From contig CAVPOC010000006.1 of the NCBI GenBank assembly GCA_963706955.1, positions 32,001 through 96,000 on the forward strand: DNA of 64,000 nucleotides, given 5' to 3'. Both the position numbers and the translations under genes were made by a program. The DNA is from an uncultured Verrucomicrobiae bacterium. GTDB taxonomy: Bacteria > Verrucomicrobiota > Verrucomicrobiia > Chthoniobacterales > Terrimicrobiaceae. The notes below the pieces were generated by a model. That model was given only the letters and a program-made list of their open reading frames with translations. It was not told the origin of the DNA and did no database searches. Numbering within the stretch: position 1 is the first letter of the stretch; every line of letters begins with the position of its first letter. This document shows, piece by piece, positions 60,801-64,000 of the stretch.

Positions 60801-61003
60801 GCCGCCGGAATAATCGGGTCGGTCGGATAGTCCTTAAGCAGCTTCTCATAAATGGCCGCCGCATTCTTGTAATCACCGGCTGAGTAGACCTCGTAGCCGG
60901 CGGCAAAGGCCTCTGCTGCACCCTTCGATTGAGCCTGCGCCCATCCAACCGAGAGGAGCATTATCAGGACCCCGAAGAGTAGGGACGATTTCAGCCAATT
61001 CAT
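57893..61003 (-). CDS. large exported TPR protein (BamD/CpoB-like repeats)
   Basis: Signal peptide, many 'KYP.S..A..A' TPR units over about 1000 aa. Confidence 0.9.
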   Translation of the reverse strand: MNWLKSSLLFGVLIMLLSVGWAQAQSKGAAEAFAAGYEVYSAGDYKNAAAIYEKLLKDYPTDPIIPAAQLQLASCFYFLGQFDQALDVLRKAESGSAMSAELKQTLDGLVPQILSGKAAAVPAADPKRNSTFEEATAKFSEYINKYPQASDLENAIFGRAIAEYQLRKFDDAVKDLELNLQKFPQSGTLAKSKHLLAVTLATQGSALLVTGDPAAKTKAFDLYKRATDYLREIIKKKEDVALINEANFQLGEILLNQATYTSESERPNLYAEALAAFRRVAPKEEIIALQQNKIREFVTRKAAALRANNASLKKQLDRDNERELKKFAELQGKPDQTATAQLKMAEIYFQQNKNNEARVVLRHVVPFLVSEEDKKRALYFTTMTYALQNAADPAIAGYNEFQSKYKGDMLADNLPVAMGSMYLTLNNAPEALRFFNEALTIYPQGRFTGLAVVQKANAEARLGNLSDALKTFQDYLAKNPPAEVAVIAQAGVAGIHKDNQKWDDAIAAYNIVKTKYPGTPQAIEADYWIGICTQQKGDNAAAAPILEAFAKANPQHALAPLALYAKGGALIALGNKDEGIAALASVAEQFPESQPAPFTYFMRAQLRASEGKANDVVALMREFIEKYPTNDKVYFAYESIAQTAVNSGKTEDAVGTYREFIERYPDSPQAGDALFKIAELQRAKADSLGRYSALAEQERSQWKTLLDSSIASAEEAAKKYPESVSLALALQTLLQSQRMLLGAELKTGSQVEEYFKSLADSTTSPSARSRILFALATYVSEQDEGKALLITNEAYRTEIVYSPRDLDFYGLALIKEKKLDEAAAVFEKLAKDYPVPQNVSPNQASQLVQEAQAIALFGRARVAQEGGQTGPAGQLFQELKALYPWSPKVLEADYGIAQSLKEQGKLDEAVTLLTGLIRAPTATAQVRAKAMLLGGAIMAEKAKIAADQTQKDEFLGAAIDYFIKIAQFYGGVPTAASEGLWMGAQLLEQQANGSKDTKFKEQQLGKAKASYQQLLKEYPNSEFASKAQERLTALGG

Positions 61004-61133
61004 GGAATGAGAGAGCAATTACGCTGCTTCACCTCGCAATGCCACAGGAAAAAAGTCGCCCTGCCACAGCTCTCCAGGAGCGCTGGAAAACATGGTAACG
61101 AGCGCGGCCCGCCTGCCAAACTCGTCGGTTGCA

Positions 61134-61844
61134 TCAACCCCGGCGAGGTTCAGGTCCTAGCACCGACTGCAAGGCGTCCAGTGTCACGCTCGGACGCGTC
61201 ACTCGAAAAACTCGGAGGCCAAACGCCTCCGCCCCGGCCCAGTCACGTTCGGGATCGTCCCCCGCATGAATGCACCGTCCGGGTTCCGCATTCATCGATT
61301 CCAGCGCTTTTCGAAAAATGGCGCGATCGGGCTTTTCGCAGCCGAGTTCGCTCGAGATGAAAAGGCTTTCAAACTTTGCCAAGACGCCGAGGTCATCGAG
61401 AACACGGTGCAGCCGTCCGTCGAAATTCGAGATCACGGCCAGGCGAGAGCGTCCCTGCAGTCGGTCGAGGCATCTTCTCGCATCCTCATAGAGGAGCCAG
61501 ATCCCCGGCTGCTCGAAATGCATATAGAGCTCGCTAAACCAAGCTTCGCCATCAATGTTGGAAGCCGCGGGGGATGCGGCTCGCAGCACGTCCAGGGCGA
61601 GTGCTCGCCACCAGGGACGATCGTCGTCGTCTCGCGGACCAGATGAGGGAGGGCGCGCTGGACGCGCTCTCCAGACCTCGCGAAAGGCAGACTCCAGTCG
61701 GGCCTCGTCGACCTCGAGGCCGTATTTTCGCGCGATCAGGGCATAGTGCCACCCGACGGGACGGGCGAGGTGGATCAACGTGCCAGCCGCGTCGAAGAAA
61801 ATGACGTCTGCTTCGCCCTTGACCTTGCCTAGCGCGGCGTCCAT
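61134..61844 (-). CDS. HAD-IA family hydrolase
   Basis: FFDAAGTL, ISNFD, EKPD..IF, H.GDD..RD..GA. Confidence 0.92.
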   Translation of the reverse strand: MDAALGKVKGEADVIFFDAAGTLIHLARPVGWHYALIARKYGLEVDEARLESAFREVWRARPARPPSSGPRDDDDRPWWRALALDVLRAASPAASNIDGEAWFSELYMHFEQPGIWLLYEDARRCLDRLQGRSRLAVISNFDGRLHRVLDDLGVLAKFESLFISSELGCEKPDRAIFRKALESMNAEPGRCIHAGDDPERDWAGAEAFGLRVFRVTRPSVTLDALQSVLGPEPRRG

Positions 61845-61870
61845 ATTATTTCACTCCCAACCATGCGAAG

Positions 61871-61895
61871 AAGCGGGTTCCCATCCCGCTTTTTT
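61871..61895 (+). terminator. terminator-like hairpin in the nusA leader
   Basis: AAGCGGG-TTCCCAT-CCCGCTT followed by a T run ending 20 nt before the nusA ATG. Confidence 0.7.
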
Positions 61896-61915
61896 CATCT
61901 TGGGAAGGACGATTT

Positions 61916-63184
61916 ATGAATTCCGAACTCATAGCGATGCTTGACTACCTCGAGCGCGAACGGAGCATCAAGCGAGAGGTGCTGGTCGAGGCGATATCCA
62001 GCGCGCTGCTCACGGCTTCGAAGAAGAACTTCACTTCTGGAACCCGCGAGCTGCGCATCGATATCGATCCGAAAACTGGCGCCATTCGCGCCCTTGCCAA
62101 GCTTATTGCGGTCGAACGTGTTCAAAATCCGCACGATGAGATTCTTATGACGAAGGCCCGTGCGCTCAAGCCCGGCATTCAACCCGGGGACGAGATTGAG
62201 GTCGAAGTGACGCCGCGGGATTTTGGACGCATCGCGGCGCAAGCGGCGCGCCAGGCCATCAACCAACGGATCCGCCAGATCGAAAAGGATATGATCTATG
62301 AGGAGTTCAAGGATCGGGCCGGCGAGATCGTCAGCGGAACCGTCCGCCGCTTTGAAAAATCCGACGTCATCCTGGATCTCGGAAAATTCGAGGGGACAAT
62401 GCCCGCACGTGAGAGGGTCGTCACCGAAGAATACAGCGTCGGAGACCGGCTTCGCGCCTACGTCGTCGCGGTGGACAATGCCTCCCGTGGTCCGGAGATC
62501 ATTCTTTCGCGTAGTCATCCCAATTTTGTCCGGCGTCTCTTTGAGATCGAAGTGAGTGAAATTGCCGACCGGACCGTCGAGCTGAAGGCGATCGCGCGTG
62601 AGGCGGGATATCGGACAAAGGTTGCCGTGCACAGCGGTGATCTCAAGGTCGATCCCGTGGGCGCCTGTGTCGGAATGCGCGGGGCCCGCGTCAAGAACAT
62701 CGTTCGGGAACTTAACAACGAGAAGGTCGATATTATCCGCTGGGATCCCGACCCTCTCAAATTCGCAGCGGCTGCCTTGAAGCCGGCCAATATTCGCAGT
62801 ATCTCACTCGACGACGCGACTCACACCGTCCACGTCCTCGTCGGAAAAGACGATCTCTCCTTGGCGATCGGAAAACGCGGCCAGAACGCGCGCCTAACCT
62901 CGAAACTAACTGGTTGGGACGTGGATATAGAAGAAGACAAGACGGCTGAACAGGTATTGGAATCTCAGAAGGCACAGGCGGCTCACTCGATGGCCGAGGC
63001 TCTCGGGATCAGCGAGGCCGAGGCGCAAACTCTCGCAGCTGGCGGGATGAATTCGATCGAAGTCATCTTGACTTCGGGCGCCGAGGACATTGCCGGATTA
63101 CTTGGGTGCGATCTCGACAGAGGCCAAAAGATCCTCGATGCCGCGCGCGCCTCGGTGCAACCCCAAGAGACCGCTGCTTCGTAG
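61916..63184 (+). CDS. nusA: transcription termination factor NusA
   Basis: FGRIAAQ.ARQ, S1 and KH domains, DPVGACVG.RG, LAIGKRGQNARL. Confidence 0.98.
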   Translation: MNSELIAMLDYLERERSIKREVLVEAISSALLTASKKNFTSGTRELRIDIDPKTGAIRALAKLIAVERVQNPHDEILMTKARALKPGIQPGDEIEVEVTPRDFGRIAAQAARQAINQRIRQIEKDMIYEEFKDRAGEIVSGTVRRFEKSDVILDLGKFEGTMPARERVVTEEYSVGDRLRAYVVAVDNASRGPEIILSRSHPNFVRRLFEIEVSEIADRTVELKAIAREAGYRTKVAVHSGDLKVDPVGACVGMRGARVKNIVRELNNEKVDIIRWDPDPLKFAAAALKPANIRSISLDDATHTVHVLVGKDDLSLAIGKRGQNARLTSKLTGWDVDIEEDKTAEQVLESQKAQAAHSMAEALGISEAEAQTLAAGGMNSIEVILTSGAEDIAGLLGCDLDRGQKILDAARASVQPQETAAS

Positions 63185-63211
63185 GCATGAATTCTCCACA
63201 CTTTCCTTTGC

Positions 63212-64000
63212 ATGGCGACTACAAAATCCGCGGACAAAGCAACCAAGTCTAAGGCGCCGTCTGTCTCGGCCGCTGCCAAGAATCCGGCAGTCGAAGAGGC
63301 ACCGACGGAGCTTCCACCGGCACCAAAGACGCCTGCCGAGACGCTAGACCTTCTCGAGCCAAAGAAGAAGGTGAAGCGCCGCGAAACGGACGGGGGTGCC
63401 TCCAAACCGGTTCTTCCGCCAATTCAGAAGATCCAGGCCAGACCTCCAGCGAAGCCGACACCGGTTGTGCAACAGGAGCCCGAGCCGGTGCCGCCGAAGG
63501 AGGAGGCTGTCCCTGAACCGGCCGCCGAAGTCCAAGACACCACGGCTGAGCCGGAGACCGACAAGAAGGTGATCCACCTGAAGACCTCAATCACCGTGAA
63601 GGACCTGGCCCCCTTGATTGGCATCAAGCCCTTTCAGGTTATCGCCGACCTGATGTCCCTTCAGATATTTGCCAATATTAACCAGACGCTGGAGCTCGAT
63701 ACTGTCGCGAAGCTTTGCGAGAAGCACGGCTTCGTTCTCGAGCGCGAGAAGAAGGATACTTCCAAAGGTCATCACAAGCAGGAAGTGAAGGTTGAGGTCC
63801 CTAAGGAACCCGAGAAACCTCGTGAGGAGGCCCTCAAGCCGCGTGCACCCATTGTGACCTTCATGGGCCACGTCGACCACGGCAAGACCTCTCTTCTCGA
63901 TGCGATTCGCAAGGCACGGGTGGCGGCCGGCGAAGCAGGTGGCATCACCCAGCACATCGGCGCATACAGCGTGCAACGCAATGGCCAGACGATAACTTTC
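63212..64000 (+). CDS. infB: translation initiation factor IF-2 (3' truncated by window edge; not in ORF track)
   Basis: MATTKSADK... open to end, [37 protein letters not shown]. Confidence 0.97.
   Translation, partial: MATTKSADKATKSKAPSVSAAAKNPAVEEAPTELPPAPKTPAETLDLLEPKKKVKRRETDGGASKPVLPPIQKIQARPPAKPTPVVQQEPEPVPPKEEAVPEPAAEVQDTTAEPETDKKVIHLKTSITVKDLAPLIGIKPFQVIADLMSLQIFANINQTLELDTVAKLCEKHGFVLEREKKDTSKGHHKQEVKVEVPKEPEKPREEALKPRAPIVTFMGHVDHGKTSLLDAIRKARVAAGEAGGITQHIGAYSVQRNGQTITF

Overview
Bacterial chromosomal window, GC-rich, mostly housekeeping. The gene complement (short RpoZ, TPR-ExbB-ExbD-ExbD cluster, GYF-Yip1 fusion, nusA without rimP) suggests Verrucomicrobiota; this is an inference only. 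Core genes: hpt, ruvA, rpoZ, smpB, tRNA-Asp, thyA-folA, metG, pepF, a moaA-D-E-moeA-moaC-mog operon, asd, nth, pgi, nusA and partial infB. There are two accessory-looking tracts. (1) Right after tRNA-Asp (about 5.2-12.6 kb) lies a co-directional cluster of proteases with no signal peptides: a 105-aa protein that looks like a stand-alone carboxypeptidase pro-domain, an M14 carboxypeptidase with a CPB-like Asp specificity residue, a metzincin metallopeptidase, an 857-aa multidomain caspase and a coupled unknown protein. A 1.9-kb ORF-poor, hairpin-containing tract follows it. This cluster is the best candidate for an undescribed system. (2) About 44.4-57.8 kb holds GH130, a decayed GH1, an unknown membrane protein, a cyclase, cax and others. 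Also seen: several TANNNT-N6/7-start signatures pointing to leaderless mRNAs, REP/MITE-like palindromes, a terminator-like hairpin before nusA, and four apparent single-base insertions (one hides moaD from the ORF track) that may be assembly errors. No CRISPR array, rRNA, integrase or transposase was recognised.
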